Shown here: positions 56,372 to 64,000 of the stretch, piece after piece
How the letters are laid out: each line of letters begins with the position of its first letter
Position numbering within the stretch: the stretch's first letter is position 1
Program-made: the position numbers and the translations under genes
The notes under the pieces: generated by a model
Told to the model about the DNA's origin: nothing
Seen by the model: only the letters and a program-made list of their open reading frames with translations
Database searches by the model: none
DNA from: Minisyncoccota bacterium
GTDB taxonomy: Bacteria; Patescibacteriota; Minisyncoccia; UBA6257
Direction: 5' to 3'
Assembly (NCBI GenBank): GCA_028695015.1
Contig: JAQVJR010000001.1
Coordinates: forward strand, 255,297 to 319,296
Length of the DNA: 64,000 bases

Positions 56372-56818
56372 ATGAAAATGAATAGAATGTTTCTTGTTTT
56401 AATGTTAGTAATTTTTTTACTAACAGGATGTAGTGGTAATGGAGTAATTCCTCCTCCAGTAGAAGAGCCACCAGTAGAGATAATAGAAGAAATAGTTGAG
56501 AGGTTTGTTGGTACATGGCTAAATGTGGATAAAAATACAGACAATGTAACCAAGATTGTTATAGCGGAAATTGATAATTATTTATCTATAAGAGTATGGG
56601 GGAAGTGTCATCCTGATGACTGTGATTGGGGGAAAAAATTTATAAAGAAAAACGAAGTAATGGATGGAGTAATAAAGTTAACTTGGCTGTTTTCAGGAAC
56701 AGAAGTTGTGCAAGAAATTATTTTACTAAATGATCCCAATGGCAGGATTAATGTAAAATACGATTATAATTATTTAGGAATAGAGTCTAATGTAACAGAA
56801 GCAATGTACAAGTCATAA
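56372..56818 (+). CDS. Small lipoprotein (module copy B)
   Basis: LTGC lipobox, Pro linker, FVGTWLNVD...VWGKCHPDDCDWG domain; AAGGAG SD 8 nt upstream. Confidence 0.8.
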   Translation: MKMNRMFLVLMLVIFLLTGCSGNGVIPPPVEEPPVEIIEEIVERFVGTWLNVDKNTDNVTKIVIAEIDNYLSIRVWGKCHPDDCDWGKKFIKKNEVMDGVIKLTWLFSGTEVVQEIILLNDPNGRINVKYDYNYLGIESNVTEAMYKS

Positions 56819-56825
56819 ATAAATG

Positions 56826-56858
56826 AAAAAAAGGGCAAATTAATTAATTTGCCCTTTT
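56826..56858 (+). terminator. Intrinsic terminator of lipoprotein gene B
   Basis: AAAAGGGCAAATTA-at-TAATTTGCCCTTTT. Confidence 0.75.
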
Positions 56859-56877
56859 AAAATTCCTTACTCAAGAC

Positions 56878-56905
56878 TTGACCCAATATCTTATAAAGGT
56901 ATAAT
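56878..56905 (+). promoter_or_regulatory. Sigma70-type promoter
   Basis: TTGACC-N16-TATAAT. Confidence 0.6.
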
Positions 56906-56957
56906 AAATAGAGGCTCTAAAAGAGAGGTTTTTATAAAATTTATAATAAATAAATAC

Positions 56958-57557
56958 ATGAATAAAAAATACATTATTATATTAGGTTCAATTTTTATAG
57001 TTTTAATAATAGCTTTTGGTTTAATTATATATTTTCAGAAAAAACCACTTGATTTAAGTTTTTATGATAATTTACCCTCGGCAGATAGGTGTGAGAATTT
57101 AATGGAAGATAATGCATTTGCAGTGTGTTGCATGAAAGATGAAAAGTTTTATTCTTGTGCTGAGCGCGAAGAATTTAAGCCTGGGGAAGAAATAAAAATT
57201 TTGATAGATCTTCCTAAATTCCCTGAGGTTGAAATATTTTCTGATTATAATTATGTATGCTTAAGCACAGATATTAATCGTAAAAATACAGAAGGAGAAA
57301 TTATTTTCTTTCCAGAGGAATGCTTTGTTTTCTCTAGAGAATCTTTAGCAGAAATATCAGGGGTTATTCCTTCTGCTGATGAGTGTATGTCATGTAGGCG
57401 CGCACCAAATGATCCTTATGGTATTTTTACTCTATTAAAGATTAATCTATATCCAGATTTTTATAAACAAGTATTAGTAGAAAAAGAAACAGAAGAAGGA
57501 ATAGTTGAAAGTGATGAACTTACGATTTTAAATTTAAAGGCCAAAGTGTCTAATTAA
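56958..57557 (+). CDS. Hypothetical membrane-anchored Cys-containing protein
   Basis: N-terminal TM, 8 Cys in the exported part. Confidence 0.7.
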   Translation: MNKKYIIILGSIFIVLIIAFGLIIYFQKKPLDLSFYDNLPSADRCENLMEDNAFAVCCMKDEKFYSCAEREEFKPGEEIKILIDLPKFPEVEIFSDYNYVCLSTDINRKNTEGEIIFFPEECFVFSRESLAEISGVIPSADECMSCRRAPNDPYGIFTLLKINLYPDFYKQVLVEKETEEGIVESDELTILNLKAKVSN

Positions 57558-57579
57558 TCTAAATTATAAATTCAATATC

Positions 57580-58938
57580 ATGAATAATTTAATAGGATAT
57601 AAAAAGATGCGAGTGATTACTTATTTTTTACTTATATTTTTAATATCATTTTCTGTATTTTTTTATATTAACAATTTTACACAGAATTTATTTGCTGCTT
57701 GTCAAGACGACGGAGCTACTACAACTACTACTACTAAAGCTACTACTACCACAACAAAGAGACAGACAACAACAACGACAAAAAGTGGAGGATGTGGCAG
57801 TGGTGGAGATGATGGAGGAGGTAGTAATGGAGGGGGTTATATTCCTGGCCCTGGTGAAACAGGGAGTTCGCCTAATGGAGGAAATGGGGGTCCGTGCGCA
57901 CCACCTGTTGAGTGTTCAAAGTGGGTGATGTGTAAATACTGTGACGAGCAAGGCAAATGTACATCAGTGAGGGAGTGCGAGAGATGTGATCGAACAACAT
58001 GCATTAATGACTCAACTTGTAAATCAGTTATGAAACAACAAACATATAATCTTTGCTTAAATGGTATTTGCACTCAGGTGTCAACAAATTATGCTGATCC
58101 TTCTGGTTTTTTTCTTACTGATGAATGTTCTAATGTAGGAGGTAAGTGTGATATAGGATGTCCTCGTTATTTAGCTTGTTCATCAACATACAGAACATTT
58201 GTTGATAATCAAGGACAAACTCAAATACTAACAGTATATACATGCGCTAGAAGTGATTTCGCTACGCATAATGAATGCGCCAAACCTTCAGATTGTGGTC
58301 CACAAAGCAGCAGTACAGAGCAAAGCAGTACAATATCATGTCAAGTCTGTAATAATAAACAACAATGCGTAAGGCAGTCTTTTAAAGCTTCTTCATGCAC
58401 AAAAGTAAAATCCCAAGGATATACATTGTGCACTAATAATCAAGATTGCAGAGATGCTTCTCTGCCACCAACTGAAAATGGAGATTCAGAGAATGGAACA
58501 AATGGTAATGGAGGTTATTATATCCCCACATGCTCCATTAACAAATTTGAATTACCCAATCATGTCTGGACAGGAGTTAATTATGAAGCAAAATGGTCTA
58601 CCAATAGTGATTGTAAATGGGGTGAAATCACTTGTAAATTAGGAGATGAAGATTGTGGAGATAATGAAACTCTTAGTGGTGAGGTAACAGTTGGCTCTAT
58701 TGATCATGAAAAGTCTTTCCATATCACAACACCAGGTGTCTATACATATCAATTAAAAGCCTGTTATGACAAAAACAATGAAAATACTTGTGTTACTTGG
58801 GAAGATACTCTTGGTACTGAATTAGACTACATAGAAGTCCAAGCAGTTAACCTTCCTTGGTGGCAAGAAATCATTCCTGTTCTACCTGATAAACTCCAAG
58901 GATTCTTAAGGGGATTGTTTTTAAGTTTTAATAAATAA
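57580..58938 (+). CDS. Exported Cys-rich surface protein with Thr/Gly low-complexity tracts
   Basis: Signal/TM, poly-Thr, poly-Gly, many Cys modules, Ig-like end, C-terminal LPWWQEIIP. Confidence 0.75.
   Translation: MNNLIGYKKMRVITYFLLIFLISFSVFFYINNFTQNLFAACQDDGATTTTTTKATTTTTKRQTTTTTKSGGCGSGGDDGGGSNGGGYIPGPGETGSSPNGGNGGPCAPPVECSKWVMCKYCDEQGKCTSVRECERCDRTTCINDSTCKSVMKQQTYNLCLNGICTQVSTNYADPSGFFLTDECSNVGGKCDIGCPRYLACSSTYRTFVDNQGQTQILTVYTCARSDFATHNECAKPSDCGPQSSSTEQSSTISCQVCNNKQQCVRQSFKASSCTKVKSQGYTLCTNNQDCRDASLPPTENGDSENGTNGNGGYYIPTCSINKFELPNHVWTGVNYEAKWSTNSDCKWGEITCKLGDEDCGDNETLSGEVTVGSIDHEKSFHITTPGVYTYQLKACYDKNNENTCVTWEDTLGTELDYIEVQAVNLPWWQEIIPVLPDKLQGFLRGLFLSFNK
57715..57783 (+). repeat. Coding Thr-rich repeat, (A/Q)T5-6K x3
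   Basis: ACT/ACA trinucleotide runs. Confidence 0.7.
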
Positions 58939-58965
58939 ATTTTAAGTTAAATACAAGCTAAAGTT

Positions 58966-58997
58966 AAAATGCATGGGAATTAGTTTCCATGCATTTT
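58966..58997 (+). terminator. Hairpin/terminator overlapping the next promoter
   Basis: AAAATGCATGGGA...TTCCATGCATTTT. Confidence 0.65.
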
Positions 58998-59018
58998 GGT
59001 TTATGCTATAATTTTTTT

Positions 59019-59624
59019 ATGAAAAAAATAGATATAATATTTTTTATTTCAATTTTTATTGTTTCTTGGCTTGTTTTTGGCAAAATGGCTCAATTTTCAA
59101 ATGTTTTTATTCGTTGGGGTTTTGGGACAATACCTTTATTGCTTTTCATTCTTTATCCAATTTTTATAACTTTTAAAAAAAGGGAAAAATTTTCAAAAAT
59201 AGGGCTTACTTTTAAAAATTGGTTAATGGCGATTATTTGGGGAGGAGGGGTAAGCTTGTTTATTATTATTTTAAATAAATATTTTGTGTTTAATGAACCG
59301 TTGGCTTATTTTGATAATTTAGGCATGGGAATTGTTTATTGGGGATTCTTGTCATTTTCCCAAGAAATTTTTTTTAGAGGACATTTACAAACTAATCTAG
59401 AAAAGCAATATGGTAATTATTTGGGAGTAATTTTAGCTGCTTTAATTTTTGCTTTTTGGCACATTACAATTCGTTTCTATCCAGGATGGATGTCATTTCC
59501 TCCATTATTAAAAGTTTTTTCCGTAGGGTTATTATGGGGACTATCTTTTCAAAAAACAAAAAACCTAATTGCTCCTTGTTTGTCTCATTTTTTAGTTGGG
59601 GTTTTTTTAAGTAATTATTTTTGA
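59019..59624 (+). CDS. CPBP (Abi/CAAX type II) intramembrane protease
   Basis: QEIFFRG, FAFWH, APCLSH; ATG 59019 lies 6 nt after TGcTATAAT (leaderless). Confidence 0.85.
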   Translation: MKKIDIIFFISIFIVSWLVFGKMAQFSNVFIRWGFGTIPLLLFILYPIFITFKKREKFSKIGLTFKNWLMAIIWGGGVSLFIIILNKYFVFNEPLAYFDNLGMGIVYWGFLSFSQEIFFRGHLQTNLEKQYGNYLGVILAALIFAFWHITIRFYPGWMSFPPLLKVFSVGLLWGLSFQKTKNLIAPCLSHFLVGVFLSNYF

Positions 59625-59892
59625 TTTTAAATCTTGCGCATGCTAATGGTGAATACTAATGGTGAGTTAAATAATATAAGAAAACGATTAAATAAATGCT
59701 TTCAAGTAAATAGTCAGGGATTATTTTAATTAGAAAATACAGTAGTTAAAATTTATAATAAACTAAAGGGAGTCATTGTTAAAGAAATAAGAAAAGAGCA
59801 CAAAAAATTAAACAATTGCTTCACAAGGATAGTTTTAAAAAATAATTTTAATTGATTAGGCTCTTATTTGATCAAACCTATCATATTAATTT

Positions 59893-60657
59893 TTAGGTTG
59901 TTCTTTTATTTATTTTTATTAAGATTAAACTACCAATGATTATAATAATCAATGAGGCAAATTGAGCATAGCTTAAAGTGTTATACCATGCGTTACCTTG
60001 AAAAATGAATCCTGTATTATAACGAAAATATTCTATAAAAAACCTAGCAAATGATTGAATGATGCTACCTATCAAAAACAAAGAACCATCTCGTAGTTTG
60101 GTTTTATTGGAATAAAAATAAAGGCACAGAAGAATTATAAAATAACTAAAGGCTTCATATAGTTGTGTAGGATGTCTAAAAAGATTATCTCCCAAAGATG
60201 GAAAATTTATAGCCCAAGGTACGTTAGTAATTATTCCATAACAACATCCATGTAAAAAACAACCAATTCTTCCAATTGCATGACCTGATAATATTCCAAA
60301 GATAAGCGCATCCAGCCATTTTTTTATGTTTTCTTTGTTTTTTCTTAAAAATATAATAAAGGCCAAAGTGCCTATAATAAATGCTCCTTGCCAGCTAAAT
60401 CCTCCTTTCCAAAAATAAAACATTCTTAAAGGGTCTTTGAGATAAAAATTAAGATTTAATAAAACATAGCAAATACGAGCTCCTATAAAGCCACTAATAA
60501 TTGTAACAATTGTTGTATATTTAGCTTTATGGCTATTAAGGTTTTTCCTTTTTGCTTGTTTTAAAAAAACTATTCCTCCGATAGCAATACCCAAAATCAT
60601 AAAAAGCCAATAGAACTCTATAGCAAAATTATTAAATTGAAATAAAATAGGATACAT
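59893..60657 (-). CDS. lgt: Prolipoprotein diacylglyceryl transferase
   Basis: MYPILF, IGARICYV, GRIGCFLHGCCYG, HPTQLYE, RFFIEYFR; start moved to ATG 60657 because the track start lies in tRNA-Leu. Confidence 0.92.
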   Translation of the reverse strand: MYPILFQFNNFAIEFYWLFMILGIAIGGIVFLKQAKRKNLNSHKAKYTTIVTIISGFIGARICYVLLNLNFYLKDPLRMFYFWKGGFSWQGAFIIGTLAFIIFLRKNKENIKKWLDALIFGILSGHAIGRIGCFLHGCCYGIITNVPWAINFPSLGDNLFRHPTQLYEAFSYFIILLCLYFYSNKTKLRDGSLFLIGSIIQSFARFFIEYFRYNTGFIFQGNAWYNTLSYAQFASLIIIIIGSLILIKINKRTT

Positions 60658-60664
60658 GTTTATG

Positions 60665-60748
60665 TGCCTAGGGTGGGACTTGAACCCACAAGGCCTTGCG
60701 GCCAATAGATTTTGAGTCTATCGCGTATGCCAATTCCGCCACCTAGGC
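60665..60748 (-). tRNA. tRNA-Leu(CAA)
   Basis: ATAGA-ctcaaaa-TCTAT, long variable arm. Confidence 0.95.
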
Positions 60749-60869
60749 AATTCAGTATTTAGTATACAGTATTTAATGTTTAAAATTCAAGGTTTAAAGG
60801 TTTATTAAAAGCCATTGTTTTGTTATAATGAAGAAAGATTTTAAAATTTAGCTCAATAAAATTGTATAG

Positions 60870-61670
60870 ATGTCAGAAATTATTGCTATTTGTAATCAAA
60901 AAGGAGGAGTAGGAAAAACAACGACAACAATAAACCTAGGTGCTTATTTAGCTGCTTTTGGAAAAAAAGTCTTGTTGATAGATTTTGATGCTCAGTCTAA
61001 TACTACTTCTGGTTTAGGTTTTGATTATAAAAAATTGCAAAAAACAATTTATAATGTTTTAGTTTCTAATAGCCCTTTGGAAGAAATAATTTATAAAACA
61101 TCTGTTTTTGGTTTGCATCTTTTACCAGCTTCACCTGACTTAATAGGCGCTCAAGTAGAATTAGATCATTTTATAAATAAAGAATTTAGGTTAATGCAAA
61201 TCTTATCTCCGATAAAACAGCAATATGATTATTTATTAATTGATTTACCACCTTCTTTAGGAGTTTTAACAATTAATGGATTAGTGGCAGCTGATCAGGT
61301 TTTAATTCCTATTCAAACAGAATATTATGCCTTAGAAGGATTATCTCAATTGATAACAACTATAGATTTAATTAGAAGAAATTTAGAAAAAGATTTACGT
61401 ATTCTAGGGGCCATTTTGACTTTATATGATAGAAGGAATAGATTAGATAGAATGGTTGCTAAGCATATTCGTCGTAATTTCCCTGGATATGTTTTTGATG
61501 TAGAAATTCCAAGAAATGTTAGTTTGGCAGAAGCTCCTAGTTTTGGTAAACCAATTATCCAATACAATTCTTTTTCTGATGGTGCTCGTGCTTATCGTCA
61601 ATTAGCTCAGGAATTAATTAAAAAAACAGAACAATCAATTAATGATAATTTTAGTATAAATAATAAATAA
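60870..61670 (+). CDS. parA: ParA/Soj partition ATPase
   Basis: NQKGGVGKTTT, IDLPPSLG, EYYALEG, LAEAPSFGKP. Confidence 0.96.
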   Translation: MSEIIAICNQKGGVGKTTTTINLGAYLAAFGKKVLLIDFDAQSNTTSGLGFDYKKLQKTIYNVLVSNSPLEEIIYKTSVFGLHLLPASPDLIGAQVELDHFINKEFRLMQILSPIKQQYDYLLIDLPPSLGVLTINGLVAADQVLIPIQTEYYALEGLSQLITTIDLIRRNLEKDLRILGAILTLYDRRNRLDRMVAKHIRRNFPGYVFDVEIPRNVSLAEAPSFGKPIIQYNSFSDGARAYRQLAQELIKKTEQSINDNFSINNK

Positions 61671-61688
61671 AAGCTTAAATACATATTT

Positions 61689-62864
61689 ATGGATGAACAA
61701 TATACATTTGGGCAAGGGCTTAGTGCTTTAGTGCCACCTAAAAAAGATTCTCTAGGTAATCAATCAAATGATAATCTGTTTAAAAATCAAGATTATAAAG
61801 AAGCAACTGATGATGCCTTAGAAGAAAAAATCAGTGAGAAAATTAATAATACTTTTAATAATTTTCCTCAAGAGATAACATCACCTTTAAATGGCATTAA
61901 AAAAGATTTTCAAGAAGATTTTCAATCCATATCTACAAGAGAAGATACAGAAAAAACCGATAATGTTTTACAAAATCAAGAAGTTTTAAAAACTAATAAT
62001 ATTTTGCAAGACCAAGAAATTCAAACAGATAAACCCTTGATAGAAGAAAAGATTTTTTACATTGAAGCTGAAAAGATAAAGCCTAATCCTCAACAGCCAC
62101 GAAAACATTTTCCTGAAGAATCCCTTAAAGAATTAGCAGATTCTATTAGAGAATTTGGTATTTTAGAGCCCTTGGTGGTTATTAGGACAGAACAAGATAC
62201 AGCAACTGGAGCTAAGGTTGAATATGAATTAATAGCTGGTGAAAGAAGATTAAAGGCATCTAAAATGTTAGGATTGCCAACTGTGCCAGTAATTATTAGA
62301 AAACCCTTAGAAGAACAAAAAAAGCTAGAATTAGCCTTAATAGAAAATATTCAACGTGAAGATTTAACTCCTATATCTAAAGCTAAGGCTTTTGCTCGTT
62401 TAATAGATGAATTTGGCTTAACTCAACAATCTCTAGCAAATAGAATAGGAAAAAGCAGGGAATCTATAGCTAATGCCTTACGTTTATTACAATTATCTTA
62501 TGAAGCACAAAGTGCTTTAGAGCAAGGAAAAATTAATGAAGGTCATGCACGAGCTATTCTTCTATTTAATAATCCAGAAAAAAGAAGAGTGTTCTTAAGA
62601 GAAATCTTAGCTAAAAATCTCTCTGGTCGTGAGGCCTTAGAATTAGCTCAGCATTATTTAAGTTTAGATAATAGACAAGAAACGGTTTCTCGCAGACGGA
62701 GTATTTCTTTAAATCCAGAAGATATAGAATTAAAAGAAAAACTGGAAAATCTTTTACAAACTCCAGTGATTATTAAAAAGAAAGGGAATCAAGGGGCGAT
62801 TGAGATAAAGTTTTTCTCTCAAGAAGATTTAAATAAAATTTTAAACAAGTTTTTTCCCCTTTAA
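61689..62864 (+). CDS. parB: ParB/Spo0J with long N-terminal insertion
   Basis: GQGLSAL, PNPQQPRK, IAGERR, ALIENIQREDL, HTH, GHARAIL. Confidence 0.94.
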   Translation: MDEQYTFGQGLSALVPPKKDSLGNQSNDNLFKNQDYKEATDDALEEKISEKINNTFNNFPQEITSPLNGIKKDFQEDFQSISTREDTEKTDNVLQNQEVLKTNNILQDQEIQTDKPLIEEKIFYIEAEKIKPNPQQPRKHFPEESLKELADSIREFGILEPLVVIRTEQDTATGAKVEYELIAGERRLKASKMLGLPTVPVIIRKPLEEQKKLELALIENIQREDLTPISKAKAFARLIDEFGLTQQSLANRIGKSRESIANALRLLQLSYEAQSALEQGKINEGHARAILLFNNPEKRRVFLREILAKNLSGREALELAQHYLSLDNRQETVSRRRSISLNPEDIELKEKLENLLQTPVIIKKKGNQGAIEIKFFSQEDLNKILNKFFPL

Positions 62865-64000
62865 TACATCTTGAATCTTTTTTTTAGTTTCATTCATTTT
62901 TACAAATCCTAACCAAGAAGAAGAAGGCTTTTTGCCTTTTTTTATTACTATTTCCACGATTTCTCCAGATTGTAGATTATAATCCAAAGGAACTAATTTT
63001 CTATTAACTAAGGCTCTAATTGCTTGATTGCCAATATCAGTATGAATTTGATAGGCAAAATCAATAGGTGTGGCTCCATCAGGCAGGTCAATAATATCTC
63101 CCTTAGGGGTTAAGACAAAAATTCTGTCTTTAAAAAAATCTACCTTTAGGGCATTTAGGAAATCTTCTGATTGATAAAAGGTTTTTTGCCATTCTCTTAA
63201 TTGATTAATCCAATAAAAATTCTTAGGAGGACAAAAAGACCTTCTTTTTTTATATCCCTTTGTTTGTTTTGCAGAACTATACAACCAATGAGCAGCAATT
63301 CCCCATTCAGCTTCTTCATCCATTTTCAGGGTTCTAATTTGAATTTCTACCATGCGACCATCTTTAGCAAAAACTGTTGTGTGTAAGCTTTGGTAGCCAT
63401 TTGGTTTAGGTAAGGCTATGTAATCTTTAAAACGCCCTGGTACTGGTTTCCACATTTGATGGATAGCGCCTAAGGCGGCATAACATTTTTCCACATCTTT
63501 CATTATTATTCTCATAGCCACTAAATCATATATTCTCCTAATATCCATTTCTTCTTTTTGAAGCTTTCTCCAAACACTATACAAGTGTTTAGTGCGGAAT
63601 TTTATTTCTTTTGAATTTAAATTATTTTCTTCAAGTTTTTTCTTGGTTAAAGGAATTAAGTTGCTAAGGTATTCTTTTTGTTCTTCTCTTCTTTTGCCTA
63701 ATATTTTACGAGTTAATTTGTATTCTTCTGGGAATACATAAGGGAAAGCCAAATCTTCTAATTGTGAGGCAATATCAGTCATGCCTAAGCGATAAGCTAA
63801 AGGAGCTAGAATATCTAAAGTTTCTAAAGACTTCTTTCTTTGTTTTTTAGAAGATAAAGACCAAAGAGTTTTCATGTTATCTAAACGATCAGCTAATTTG
63901 ATGATAATGATTCTTAAATCTTTGGCCAAGGCTAAAATCATATTTCTAAAATTCTCTTTTTCAGCAATAGTGTCTTCTTGTTGGCTTTTGTATTTAATTT
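62841..64000 (-). CDS. RelA/SpoT-family (p)ppGpp synthetase/hydrolase, 5' partial
   Basis: KLADRLDNM, RFKDYIALPKPNGYQSLHT, EIQIRT, TGS (TPIDFAY.IHT); frame stays open past the window end. Confidence 0.93.
   Translation of the reverse strand, partial: IKYKSQQEDTIAEKENFRNMILALAKDLRIIIIKLADRLDNMKTLWSLSSKKQRKKSLETLDILAPLAYRLGMTDIASQLEDLAFPYVFPEEYKLTRKILGKRREEQKEYLSNLIPLTKKKLEENNLNSKEIKFRTKHLYSVWRKLQKEEMDIRRIYDLVAMRIIMKDVEKCYAALGAIHQMWKPVPGRFKDYIALPKPNGYQSLHTTVFAKDGRMVEIQIRTLKMDEEAEWGIAAHWLYSSAKQTKGYKKRRSFCPPKNFYWINQLREWQKTFYQSEDFLNALKVDFFKDRIFVLTPKGDIIDLPDGATPIDFAYQIHTDIGNQAIRALVNRKLVPLDYNLQSGEIVEIVIKKGKKPSSSWLGFVKMNETKKKIQDVLKGKKLV

Noticed and set aside
56196-60664. Integrative element at tRNA-Leu(CAA)
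   Set aside because: No integrase and no duplicated tRNA 3' end seen; kept only as an accessory block
1-64000. CRISPR array, IS/transposase, rRNA, and the many short antisense or nested ORFs in the track
   Set aside because: No regularly spaced repeats or such genes were seen by eye; the short ORFs overlap well-supported genes

Overview
AT-rich, compact chromosomal segment read with the standard bacterial code (TGA is used as stop). Gene content points to a Patescibacteria/CPR (Parcubacteria-like) genome; this is an inference from the VirB2-like pilin cluster, pilM-N-O/pilB with comF, short IF2 and ValRS, alpha2-type GlyRS, split transketolase with PfkB and class I aldolase, and the near absence of Shine-Dalgarno sites. 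It carries about 55 mostly housekeeping CDS and 19 tRNA genes. Main highlights: (1) two dispersed copies (10.1-10.7 kb minus, 56.2-56.9 kb plus) of an apparently undescribed module: near-identical promoter, a ~50-nt G(CUUG)C-capped hairpin/terminator with compensatory changes, a second promoter, a strong SD, an unrelated small lipoprotein gene and a terminator; (2) tRNA-Phe(GAA) split by a 237-nt group I intron after U33; (3) tRNA-Ile(UAU) and tRNA-Arg(GCG)+(UCG), suggesting TilS- and TadA-independent decoding; (4) a ~200-nt rod-shaped 6S-like RNA upstream of rny; (5) an accessory surface-protein block with lgt next to tRNA-Leu(CAA). All calls are by eye; no searches were run.
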